Source of the DNA: Azolla caroliniana
Taxonomy: Eukaryota; Plantae; Polypodiophyta
NCBI GenBank assembly: GCA_043228905.1
Contig: JBHGNT010000010.1
Span: forward strand, 20,522,001 to 20,586,000
Length of the DNA: 64,000 nucleotides
Reading direction: 5' to 3'
The position numbers and the translations under genes are program-made. The notes beneath the pieces were generated by a model, which had not been told where the DNA came from, did not search any database, and saw nothing but the letters and a program-made list of their open reading frames with translations. How positions within the stretch are numbered: position 1 is the first letter of the stretch; each line of letters begins with the position of its first letter. Below, piece after piece: positions 12,886 to 23,872 of this stretch.

Positions 12886-13698
12886 TTCCTGATCGAGGAC
12901 GTGATATGCCGGTACGGGTGCGTCGGGAAGATCGTGGCTGATCGCGGGGAGTTGGACGCCGAAGAGGCCGAGGAACTGTTCGACCGGCTAGCAGTCAAGC
13001 TCTCGCTTACCACTGCATACAATCCGGAGGCGAATGGGAAGGTGGAGCGCGGACACGGACCGATCGTCAAGGCGTTAGTTCGGGCATGCGGAGGGCAAGT
13101 CGGGAACTGGCCACGGCTGCTGCCTTACGCGTTGTGGGCTGACCGAACTACACACAGTTCGGTAACCGGATTCATGCCGGCAGAGCTCATGTTCGGGCAG
13201 AAGCCGATCATGCCGATGGAACGTACGATCTCCTCATGGGCAACCGTGGACTGGAGAGACGAGATGAGCCGGGAGGAACTGTTGGCGGCGCGCATACGAC
13301 AGCTCGAGCGAAGACCGGAGGATGTGGAGCAGGCTACGGAAAAGCTTCAGGATGCAAGGACGAAGAACAAAGCCCGGTTCGACCGAACGCACCGGCTCCG
13401 ACCGAAGAAGATCGAGGAAGGCGACTGGGTGCTAGTCTACGACAGCAGCCTCGACAACCAGCACCGAGCGACACAGAAGTTCGCAAGAAGGTGGTTCGGG
13501 CCTTACGTGGTACAAAGCGCCAACGACAACGGGACGTACCATCTGGCGGAACTCGATGGTACGAGAATGGCGATACCGGTAGCTGGGAAGCGGATCAAAG
13601 CGTTCAAGAAGCGTCACGACGACGAGCCGGATCCGGTTGACCTGGACAACGACAACGAACGATCCGAAACCGAGGAAGAACCGACGGGCGGGGAATGA
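12886..13698 (+). pseudogene. int: Integrase C-terminal portion (lacks HHCC and the first catalytic D)
   Basis: IVADRGE, TTAYNPEANGKVERGH, LWADRTT, GPY/F motif WFGPY. Confidence 0.88.
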
Positions 13699-13754
13699 AG
13701 GCTGGACCGGTTTTCTCCGTCCCAACTCAATTTGGCGCATACCGGTGGATGCGC

Positions 13755-13771
13755 GGTTAGGTGGGGGCGGA
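13755..13771 (+). other. Polypurine tract
   Basis: ggttaggtgggggcgga immediately before the 3' LTR. Confidence 0.75.
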
Positions 13772-14011
13772 TGTCGTGAAGAAAACCGTCCACAAGCGGA
13801 ATCGGTGCGCCGGAGCGTAGGAACCGGCTCTTCTTGCACGTTGCGCATAAGAGAGAATGTTGTACATAGAAGATCCTAGGTAGGTAGATTAGGGAGGTAG
13901 GAAGTTAATAGGAAACGACTCCTTCCTTGCCTATAAGAGGAGGGAGACGAGGAGGAAAGAAAGGATCGCGGAGAGTCGAGGACAAAGTGCTGTCGGTCTA
14001 TGGGCGGAAGG

Positions 14012-14058
<47 letters not shown>

Positions 14059-14441
14059 CGCAAACTCCGTAGCTTCTTGCTGTGCAGGTTTTGGGAGGCT
14101 CGCGGTGCTCTGAGGAATGCCCGAGTGCTTCCGGCAGCACCTCCAACCTACTCCTTCCTTTCTGTGCGTTTACGAACAGGCATCGGCATCTGTTCGCCGG
14201 CCTGTTCGGTTGTAACCGACTTCGTGCTTCTTGTTGTTTGTCTTGTGTATATAATTTTACATACATTCGTGTCTCTCTGTGTCGCTGTCGCACTCGCGTC
14301 TCTGTGTCGAAGGGTCGTGTCCCTGTGAATCTACGTTCGCACCTTGTGGGTCTCTTCCCTTCTCCTTTTCTCTCTTGCTCTTCGGTACAAGACCCCCGAG
14401 GTCCCGCCTCGTTCCACGCATCCGCGAGGAATACCTCGACA
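13772..14441 (+). repeat. 3' LTR
   Basis: Near-identical copy of 8212-8881. Confidence 0.96.
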
Positions 14442-14445
14442 ACGC

Positions 14446-14752
14446 ATGGAAGGTCGTGCGAGCATTGGGAATCAGTTTTTGGTTAACTAATGGAGAAGCT
14501 AGCTAGAGTGCAATACTTGTCTGAAAAGGATCCCAAAAATTGTGCACTGTTATACCTTGCTTTACATTACAAGAATGTTTTAATGAGTCTTTTTAAGGTG
14601 AGCAGAGATGAGAAGGATAAAGTTTTTTATGTATTTCTAACTCGAGATTTTCAGGAATAGAAAAAGCAGGTTGTTGCATTAAAATGTATATGTTCTAATG
14701 GAAAACACCATCGTGATCTTGCTATAGCATTCTTCCTTCTTGATGGTGATTT
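14446..14752 (+). pseudogene. Degenerate fragment of RAV1/DMXL (RAVE/rabconnectin-3, Rav1p_C-type) gene
   Basis: Hand translation: WKVVRALGISFWLTN..MEKLARVQYLSEKDPKNCALLYLALHYKNVLMSLFKVSRDEKDK...RDFQE*KK..ALK/NVYVLM/KHHRDLAIAFFLLDGD, with a stop and frameshifts. Confidence 0.75.
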
Positions 14753-15554
14753 AAGATTAGATCAGTTGACATGGTAGAATTCATGCATTTAACATCTAAT
14801 ACAAGATTACTTTTGTTGGATAATAAGGGCAAGATTGAAGCTGAACCAGAGATGATAGTTCTCCTACACATCTTAAGCAGTATTTATTCTTGACAGCAGT
14901 GCAAGTGGAGGGCACTAGACCTTTGGACAAAATTAATTAAATCTAGAACAACATCTCTTTCGGTGATGAACATTGAGATTGATGCTAACACTTACCTTTG
15001 GTCCATTCTCGAATGATCTATACTTGTTGAGATGGAAAATATTATAGAATATTTGTATATTGGCTTTGGCCACTTTAATTTTAATACCAATGGAGGATAT
15101 TTTTATGGTATAAAAAAGGGGTTTTCAAATAGGCCTGAAATGCACGCTATCCTATCATATGAAATCAATTAGACAAGGAACAAGTCCAGTTGCACAGAAA
15201 AGGAAACAAGAGGAAGCTATGTGAGAATGATCTGATTTCAAAAGCGCATTCGGCTACAAAGTTAGACCAATGACCTTATAATCAGTTCAAGTTGTCGATG
15301 GTGCTAGTTTTGGTAAAGTATAAGGGGTTTCATCGTTCCTCACTACTTGCGTGTGATTCTAGGCCCCAACTACGTACAATTATCATTTTGATAGGGAGAT
15401 CTTCATCATACATCGAGTAGTTGAGCTCTAACAATGCAAACTTCTATGACAAGAATGATTCCCAAAAACGTTTTGGGTTAGTGCCTAATGTTATGATTCC
15501 TTAACCTCAAATGAGTTTTATTTTAGAACAATCCAAACTGAACATGAAAAGGAC

Positions 15555-15850
15555 CAATGTATGAGTTGAAATGTGTGAGATAGCTATGAACATGGAATGT
15601 GAGATATCTTATTCATAATACACCTTCTTGGTTATCAACAAACTAAGTAGTGCATGAGTCGAAATGTGTGTGATAGCAAGATATCTTCTTCATAAAACAC
15701 CTTTTGTTGGTCAACGAACTAAGCAATGTATGAGCCGAAACTTGTGCAGTGGCTATGAATGAGGAATGATCCTCTAGTAGCGAGATATCTTCATCATAAG
15801 ACACCTTCTTGATGATCAACAAGCTCATAAGACACCTTCTTGTTAATGTC
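15555..15850. repeat. Degenerate direct repeats (gagatatcttc..ataa.acacctt.ttg...atcaac.aa)
   Basis: Motif recurs at about 15600, 15680, 15782 and partially at 15825. Confidence 0.65.
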
Positions 15851-15897
15851 ATGTGATATATATATATATATATATATCTATATATATATCTATATAT

Positions 15898-16962
15898 TGT
15901 GTTGTGTATGTATTCCTTTGTGCCACCCTTTTAGCACACCCTTTTTAGCTAAGCCAACCCAAATGGGTACCTTTGTATGAACTATAAATTGAGTAAGAAG
16001 TAAGAAGCTAACGAAGCTGGTTTTGATCTCTTATGTGCGTTTCACATATTGGTGGAGATGCAGGGTACCGGTCCCCCACATTTTGCCCACTAACTTCTTG
16101 TCCCACGAGTTTCCCCGATCCCCCTTCGACACGATAGCCCTCATGTCCCCCACCTCAGCCAAGTTCAGGTGGCCCTCAGTCCACTGGAGAGATTGATCTT
16201 TATCCGCCAATTGGTAGCTCGTACACGATAGCCCTCCTGTCCCCCACTTCAGCCAAGTCCAGGTGGCCCTCAGTCCACAGGAGCGATTGATCTTTATCTG
16301 CCGATTGCTAGCTCATTTTCCGTCAGTAGCCCCATACAACTATTAGGGCCGACAGTTCCGCGGGGATGTCCTCAACGTCGTTGCAGCTCAACTCGGTGTC
16401 CAGCAGATGTTTACGTCCCCATACCATCCTCAAACAAATGACCTCACCGAACGCCTCAACAAGACCCTCAAGAAGGAGATTGCCGCTTACATCGATCCAT
16501 GCCACAAAACTTGGGATCAAATATTGCCTTTTGTCACCCACGCCTACAATACATCCGTACATGCGTCGACATGGATCAACCCTTTTCGAGCACTCTATTG
16601 GTCTAACCCTCTCCTCCCACCAGAATCATCCATTGATGTCCATTCCAAACCTGCCAACATGGATAATGCCACTTGGGAGCTCTATCTCCAACAAATGCTC
16701 CCCCTCCTTCAACAAACCATGACTCATGTTCCTATTCCTATTCCTGCAGCTCAGTGTCTTGTTTCTCTCAGGGGGGAAATGTGGTGTGTATGTGTTCCTT
16801 TGTGCCACCCTTTTAGCACACCCTTTTTAGGATGCATGTACCTAAGGCTGACCTACCCTTTTAGCTAAGCCAACCCAAATGGGTACCTTTGTATGAACTA
16901 TAAATTGAGTAAGAAGTACGAAGCTAATTAGGGTGGTTTTGATCTCTTATGTGCATTTTACA
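15898..16962 (+). mobile_element. Miniature non-autonomous LTR retrotransposon (TRIM-like deletion derivative)
   Basis: TG..CA LTRs at 15898-16046 and 16780-16962; PBS TGGTGGAGATGCAGGGTA (tRNA-Ala-like) at 16050; PPT aggggggaaa; ATAT flanks; integrase remnant FTSPYHPQTNDLTERLNKTLK..WDQILPFVTHAYNTSVH. Confidence 0.9.
16129..16315. repeat. ~94-bp tandem duplication inside the mini LTR element
   Basis: acacgatagccctc.tgtcccccac.tcagccaag...ttgatctttatc.gcc.attg.tagctc occurs twice. Confidence 0.88.
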
Positions 16963-18199
16963 ATATATAAAAGATCAAGTCTAAATTTATGAAAGAAAAA
17001 CCTTCAGAATAGTTTATTCTTCATTAGCATTTATACCTCTTTACAATTTAATTCATGAATTTTAAAAATTCTCTTCTTTTTATTACATGCCAATGCCTAT
17101 GTTCATGTTGGAAAAGCATAATCAATGTCCTAAGCTATGGTGGTTGTTATATGTCAAAAATGCATTTGGGTTTTAGAAGTGTCTCTTTTTCCTCTTGCAA
17201 TGTTGCCTTTACATATGTTCTTCAAGTGTTAAATTTCCCTTGACAAATGTGATGGTGAGGAGATCCTTCTAGCTCTCATAATGGTTGAGTTTCCTCTACA
17301 CATTATGCTTGAACCATCAACTTATGCATTGTCACTTCTTGGTCCATCTTTCTCGTTTCGCTTATCCATTCTCTCAAGATCTTATCCATTTACATATCTT
17401 TCTTTCATAATCACTTTCTCTAACTTTTCATAATAAGGAGTCAAGTTGGTCTAACAAGTCCTAGTTGAATTCCTTTATCCCTTTGTTTTCCCACACATAA
17501 TAAAATGTTTGATGGTTCATTGTCTTATCCTCGTTGATTCATGATTTGTGCTACAACCACAAAAGAAATGTCCTTAGATGCCATGATCAATCACTTGAAT
17601 TCACTCTCTAACATTCTCTCTAGATTCCCTTGGAATCAATGTTGAAAATGGTCACTTAATTTCCTGACTAGTCTAATGCAAGGTGGTGGGAAAATGTTAC
17701 AGTGTAATCACCATTCTCAATTGCCATTTTGATCTAAAGTGCTCATTGAGAGAGTGATAATAAGGGGGGTCTTTCTTTAGGTTAAGCCCTTAAGAGACAA
17801 GGTTTGGCATCACACACATACATCTTTTGAATTGTTCAAGTGGAAGACAACATAGTATACATCAATTCATTCAATGTCCTATTACACATGCTACATGGAA
17901 ACATTCATCGTGAATTTGGCGAGTTTTGTATTCACGTTACTTGATGCCAGGTTGATGGATCTATAGTCAACATGTGCAGAATGGTTCCAAAGGATGAGAT
18001 GGGAATCATGTGTTTCAGTTTTGAAGGTATTTTGGGGATGGGAGCATGAGGAGGATATGTGCAAATTGCAATGCTCGAGCGCCTGATCGTGGGCGTATTA
18101 GAGAACCGAGAAGGCCATACAGATGTGGGAACTCTTTGGGCATTCAGAGTGTGTCCAAGATCGGCTCATCATGTGGGTATGTAGAAGGTCTCCCGCTCG

Positions 18200-18350
18200 C
18201 TATCTATGGAGGGATGGCGGTTTTCACATACAAACAATATACCTGGGCGGTTTACCGAAATGGAGAGAGAGAGAGAGATGTAGCTCTGCTCCCTATCTAT
18301 GGAGGGATGGCGGTTTTCACATACAAACAATATACCTGGGCGGTTTACCG

Positions 18351-18382
<32 letters not shown>
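18200..18382. repeat. ~93-bp tandem duplication ending in (GA)n
   Basis: ctatctatggagggatggcggttttcacatacaaacaatatacctgggcggtttaccgaaatggagagaga occurs twice. Confidence 0.92.
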
Positions 18383-18384
<2 letters not shown>

Positions 18385-18389
18385 CCCAG

Positions 18390-18460
18390 ATGGATGTAGC
18401 TCAGTTGGTAAGGTTGCTCAATGGAGACCAGGTGGTCATAGGTTCAACCCCTACATTCCA
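18390..18460 (+). other. tRNA-like sequence (pseudo-tRNA or SINE head)
   Basis: A box TAGCTCAGTTGG, B box GGTTCAACCC, T-stem tagg/ccta; anticodon arm degenerate. Confidence 0.6.
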
Positions 18461-18511
18461 CAGTGGCATCTAGTGAAATAGAGATATATATGAAGTATAT
18501 AATGGAGAGGT

Positions 18512-18578
18512 GAGGAAATTAGGTTTCGAACCCAAGACACAATGCTTGTAGTGTTATCGACTTACCACTAGGGTAAGC
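18512..18578 (-). other. Second, more degenerate tRNA-like sequence in opposite orientation
   Basis: Minus strand taccctagtggtaag...gggttcgaaacct gives A-box-like and B-box motifs at tRNA spacing. Confidence 0.4.
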
Positions 18579-18664
18579 TAATTACGATAAATAAAAAATA
18601 AAAGAGAGAGAGAGACGGCGATAGGTGCAGCTGCCCCTGCGGGCCTCCCACATCCAATAGACAA

Positions 18665-18713
18665 GCGACACGTGGCAGCCCTCCCATATCGAATAGCCGA
18701 GCGACACGTGGCA
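18665..18713 (+). promoter_or_regulatory. Two G-box/ABRE elements in the FLOE-like promoter
   Basis: GCGACACGTGGCA at 18665 and 18701, CCAAT just upstream, 115-160 bp before the ATG. Confidence 0.7.
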
Positions 18714-18827
18714 CCATGGCTTAGAACTTGCCCAGGAAGGCAAAGATCAGGAATGCTTTCTGTTCTTCTTCGTATTTGTATATTGTTTATCTTTTGGAGG
18801 AGATTCATCAGAGACAGAGAAGCCACC

Positions 18828-21800
18828 ATGGACCCTTCTGCGGCTGATCCTGAACCTTTCTTCCACCTCTCTTCGGGATCACGGAGAACAGCAGAGAAGC
18901 CCGCCGATGACAAACCGAGCTTCAATTTCTTAGCAGACGATGTCGTGCTTCCTTCGTACGAGTTTCAGCAACAACAGCAGCAGCATCAGAGAAGGAGCGA
19001 ATCTGTCGATCAAGGATCTAGTAGTAGGCATCACCGTTCTTCTGGATCTACCGTGAGTCTATGTTCTATTTATTTGTCATCATCGTAGTTGTAGTTGTCT
19101 GTTAAAAACTGGTATAGAAGAAACAACTTCATGTGGCAAGAAGATATGAAGTTTATGTGGTCGATTTATTCAAAAAGATGTTATAGAAGAAAACAACTTT
19201 TCTAGTGAAATTTGAGCAAGAGGATGTGAAAGAGATCATCTTTATCTGGCAAAATTTGTGCAAGATGATGATAATATGCAATATGTTATGTGGAAATTTT
19301 GTGCGTGGAGAAGTTATAGAAACGTTTCTATGTTGTAAGTTTGTAGGATAAAATATAAATCAAAAGAACCTCACATGGAAATCTTTGAGCCCCGCCGATA
19401 AGAAGCCGAACCAGATTTGGTGGAAAATTTCTGGAAGAAGATATGAACAAAATAAATCTATGTTTCAAGAACATATGAAAGAAGCTGGGTTCAAGGTAGC
19501 CTTTGTTGATGTAGGGATATGGATTTGTGAGTAAGATGCAATACAAGAGTCGAAATATATCTACACTAAGTGCAGGAGACAATTGAGTTACATGAATACA
19601 AACTAGTGGAGACACGAGATCTGTGTGCAATGTATAGTACAAATGGGGAGTGGCACTTGAGTTATGTGCAGGATGTTATGCAGAAGCGAAAAGATACTAA
19701 AATAATGGTTTCAGATGTATTTATTAAGACACATCTAATAGAGACCGGACATTGTGTGGTGAGAAGCTGAAGGAATTCTGCTTACTAAAGCAAAATTATG
19801 ATTTATTTTTCCTAGGTTTATCTAACAGGAGAGCTTTATCCTGCAAGGAGGGAACATGATGTTGAATTGCATGAGCAATTAATTGTTTCTGCTGTAGAGC
19901 GAACAATTAAGAAGTATGCAGATAATATACTAAAATTTCTGGAGGGTATGAGTGGCCGTCTCTCACAATTGGAATCAGTCACACATGTTCTACAGCACTC
20001 AGTAACATCACTCAAGGCTTCAGTGGATGAATATCATGCGGAGGCTGATGTAAAATTGAGATCATTAAATGACCATATAAGAGAGGTATGGCTTTGCCAT
20101 TGTTTTCTTTATGGTTTTTCTTTAATTGAGTTATACCTATATTAACTGCTTTTTTTAAGACATTAAAATTGAAGGGCATTATGGAAAGTTTAGAAGAAGA
20201 GTATTCTGATAGTTATTTGAACTAAGGGGTATCCTCAGAAATATGTAAAAAGTTAGGAGTATTTGGTATTGTCCTTCAGAGGAGGATCTGAAAAGAGTTG
20301 TAGTTTCACATGTAGAATACTTTATATGAAGTAATTTGACAAAGACAAATAATTTTCCTTATATTAAAATATGAATTCAGACTACAAGTCTTCTTTTATA
20401 ACAAAGTGTTTCCAAGTATGAATGCATGTTTGGAGGAATCAGGGTAAATTGACTGTGTATTTGACTAAGAGAAGTGATCTTCATTATCTAAATAGATCAA
20501 TTGAAGCGACTTGTGACAAACTGTTGAGTATTACTAAAGAGTGATTGTAGAATTGAGGCAAATCTGGGCGATTTGATAATGGGAAATTCAAAATTTGCTC
20601 TCATCTTTAAACTTGATGAAGTTTATCATAAAGGTGTTGTATGATATATATTTATGTTATTTCCAGGGGATTCTGGATTTAATACGCTGATGGGTTTTCT
20701 ATATGGTTGACTCGTAGAACTTTTTGGTTTGAAGTCTATTGGAACTTGGGTTGAAAGAATGTGAGGAAATTTTGTCTTTGTTGAGAGAAATAATCACATA
20801 CTGTCTTCACATGTGCTTCATGGAGTAACTAATCACATAGGATTATTTTACATAAGCTCCTTACCATTGATCAAATTTGTATGAAATACATTCAACTGTT
20901 TGCTTGGCTTTGACATGTCTTGTTCCATGATAATGGGCCTTCATTTCAAGCAAGTGCTCTGGATTCTTTTGCCACATTTGAGTTCTTCAGGGTGATCACA
21001 GGTTTTGCTTACTATATATGGATGCCATTCTTCTGTGAGAAAATTAAAAAGAAAATTTTGATTTTGTTACTGTTAATGAGGCATAAATTAAAAATTAAGT
21101 TTAGAAACATTGAATACATACTTGTCTATGTGTTTGCATATTTAGATATTTGGACACTTGAAGGTTTGTGTTTTCAATTGTATACTCTGAAGCTTTCAAG
21201 ATACTTAACTTCATGGCATGTTATATTCAAATTTTATGTTGCGAGGGTATCTAATCTATATCTTCACTACAGATGCATAGGGGTGTGCAGATTTTAAGAG
21301 ACAGACAAGACATAATTGAAACTCAGGCAGAGTTAGCTAAACTTCAAGCTTCAAAACAGGAGGCATTGGTTGAGAAGACGAGAGCTGTAACAACCGAAAG
21401 CCCTGTGCCCCCACAAACTACTATGGCAGAGGACCAGTCATCAGCTCTTGTTATAAAGACTATCCCGTCTACTAATCAATCTCATGTTTCACCATTGCAA
21501 ACAAATGAAGCAACTAGGCAGATGTCTTTATCTTCAGGAGCGAACACATTGCCGCAGCAATATATAGTTTCTCAGCAACCTCAAGGTCAACTGCAACCTG
21601 AGTTACAAGCGGTACATGTGCATAATCAACAAACACAAGGGCTGCAAGCATACCCTATCCATGGATCAGTACAACAATACCCTCAACAACAATCACAGCC
21701 TTTGCAACATACTGTGCAACTACAAACTAGTGCAATACAGCAGCAATCTGAGCCACAAGTTCAGAATCAAGTAATGACACAACAACAAATGCATATGCAT

Positions 21801-22592
21801 CAACCGTCAACGATGGCACAGACTTCATTGCAATCATCAAATATACAATACACATCTTCATCAGCATTGCAAACTATGATTCAGCCCCATCAAGTGCAGA
21901 GAACCTTGCCTAATATACCACAATCACTACCAACACAGAATATAGGCCAACCACAGCAGATTCAAGGAACATTCAATCCACAAATGCAAGCCCATCACCT
22001 CCCTCAGGGTATGCCTAGTACACCTCAAACGCAGTTGCAACAGACATTGCCTTTACAACACAATGCTCAACCTCAATTACAAGATGCTTATCAATTAGCC
22101 CATCATAAAGAAAACCAAGTTTATTCCTCCCTACCCCCCCTATCTTCACCTCAGGCTGGCTATGGATCATCAGTTAAGCCATATAGTGCTGCAAACGCTA
22201 TTCCTTTACCACAGCATCAAAACCCCACTGGCCATATGATTCAGTCATCTCAACAAATTACCAATGTAGCTCCTTACCAGCGAAATCCTCCTGTGCAATT
22301 TTCTGGTGGTCAACCAGTGTATGTGCCTCAGGTCTCATCAGTTTCTAATAATTCTCGTACTTTGCCAGTAGCTCAAACCGTGTATAATGAAGGCTCTTCA
22401 GGAGGAGGAATTAGTGCTCTATCACATGATGCTATCATTGAAAAGGGGGCTGCAATGGGGTTCTCAAGGGATCAAGTGCGCTCTGTGATCAGGGGACTTA
22501 CAGATAGAGGCCAGAGTGTGGATATGAATTCTGTATTGGATATACTAATGAATGGTGGAAACCGGCCTCCTAGAGCATGGTCAGTAAGATGA
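18828..22592 (+). CDS. FLOE: FLOE1-like (DUF1421) prion-like protein; exons 18828-19052, 19816-20085, 21273-22592
   Basis: N-terminal DDVVLPSYEFQ; coiled coil VERTIKKYADNILKFLEGMSGRLSQLE...HRGVQILRDRQDIIETQAELAKLQ; long Q/P/S-rich region; C-terminal IIEKGAAMGFSRDQVRSVIRGLTDRGQSVDMNSVLD. Phase-0 GT-AG introns. Confidence 0.9.
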
Positions 22593-23506
22593 GTTTCAAA
22601 ATTAATCCAACTACAAAACATTGTGGAGGGTAGTAAAAAGTTGAGGAATACCAACAATAATTTATTGTATATTGGCTGAATCTTTGGCAGATGAATCAAT
22701 GCTTGTAAATACCATTGGGTGTATCTTCAGTTGCATTTGAAATGTTCTCTCCCATCATGAAAGTTCATGGATTTACAGTGTATGCACTTAAATTTGGTTA
22801 TTTTAAATTAATGTAAACTTGCAGTATTTGTTTGCATAGGACATTGACAATGTCATTTACTTCTGTGTTTTTGTGATTGGACCAGCTGGGATTGGGTACT
22901 GTTTATTAGCATTCCCTCAAGGCAATCTATTGTTTTTGAAAGCTTGGCTTAAAAAGTGCTATTGGGTGCACATTGGGTGCTTTGCATATTATATATCTTG
23001 TTTGTACAAGCTACAAAGAATGATGTGTATCGTGTATCTTGCTTTTCCTCTGATTGTTTTCTAAAGGTTTGAACTGGCCACTTTACATGTCATATATCAT
23101 GTATGTGTAAGCTGCTGAAAATGATGTGTTTACTTGTATGTTTTCCTGTAAGGACACTGAAGGTCAATTGTTGCCCATGTCCACTATGATGTCATGTGTT
23201 TAAGGGCATATTCTCAATATTTGCAATCATTACTGGTGTAGTGTGATTATACCATCAAGTGAATTCCTCACTTGGTGTATGCAACTCTATATGCTCTACC
23301 TGCCAGCAATTCCATTGTTGAATTGGTATCTTAGGCCATTAGTTTGCCAAATTTTCTCACATTTATTGTTTAGAATGGTTCTCTCCAATGTCCAAACATG
23401 TTCGACATGAATCTGGTCAGTTGTGACCTTTGATTTTATAATCACATGCTTCCCAATTACCAATCATGCCAAAAATGATTCAAGGGTGTAAGTTGTGAAG
23501 ACAGAT

Positions 23507-23508
<2 letters not shown>

Positions 23509-23551
<43 letters not shown>
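23509..23551. repeat. (TA)n microsatellite
   Basis: Long TA run. Confidence 0.9.
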
Positions 23552-23556
<5 letters not shown>

Positions 23557-23872
23557 AATATAAAGCAAGAGTTGGTGAGAGGAAATTGTATTCGTACAAG
23601 AATGCATACATCAAACATCCATCAAATCATGACATCAAAGGCATGCAAGAGTCGATTTTCCTTGGGTGAAATCCTTAACGCTTAGCAACATGAAATCTGG
23701 TATATACTACAATGGTAACCTTTGTGGCCAAAACTACAATGCTGCCTTTGGCAGTGATACTTCCAAAGATCTCTAATTTTGAAAATACTAATGATAGAAA
23801 ATTTCAAAGTGATCAATCTAATTGATTAACCAAATAAATTTTCCGATGGGTCTTGTTTTTGGTGAATGGAAA

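Larger units (their letters stand above)
8212..14441 (+). mobile_element. Ty3/gypsy LTR retrotransposon, internally deleted, no chromodomain
   Basis: TG...CA 670-bp LTRs, ACGC target-site duplication (8208-8211 / 14442-14445), PBS, PPT, domain order gag-PR-RT-RH-INT, much higher GC than the flanks. Confidence 0.97.

Noticed and set aside
8367-14506. Numerous overlapping and antisense ORFs in the retrotransposon and its LTRs
   Set aside because: Expected by chance in GC-rich, stop-poor sequence; no recognisable motifs; SLSLSL/ERERER stretches come from the CT microsatellite
18390-18460. Functional tRNA gene
   Set aside because: Anticodon arm and acceptor stem do not pair properly and there is no oligo-T terminator
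18046-18481. ORFs with duplicated peptide segments
   Set aside because: Artefact of the tandem duplication and GA repeats
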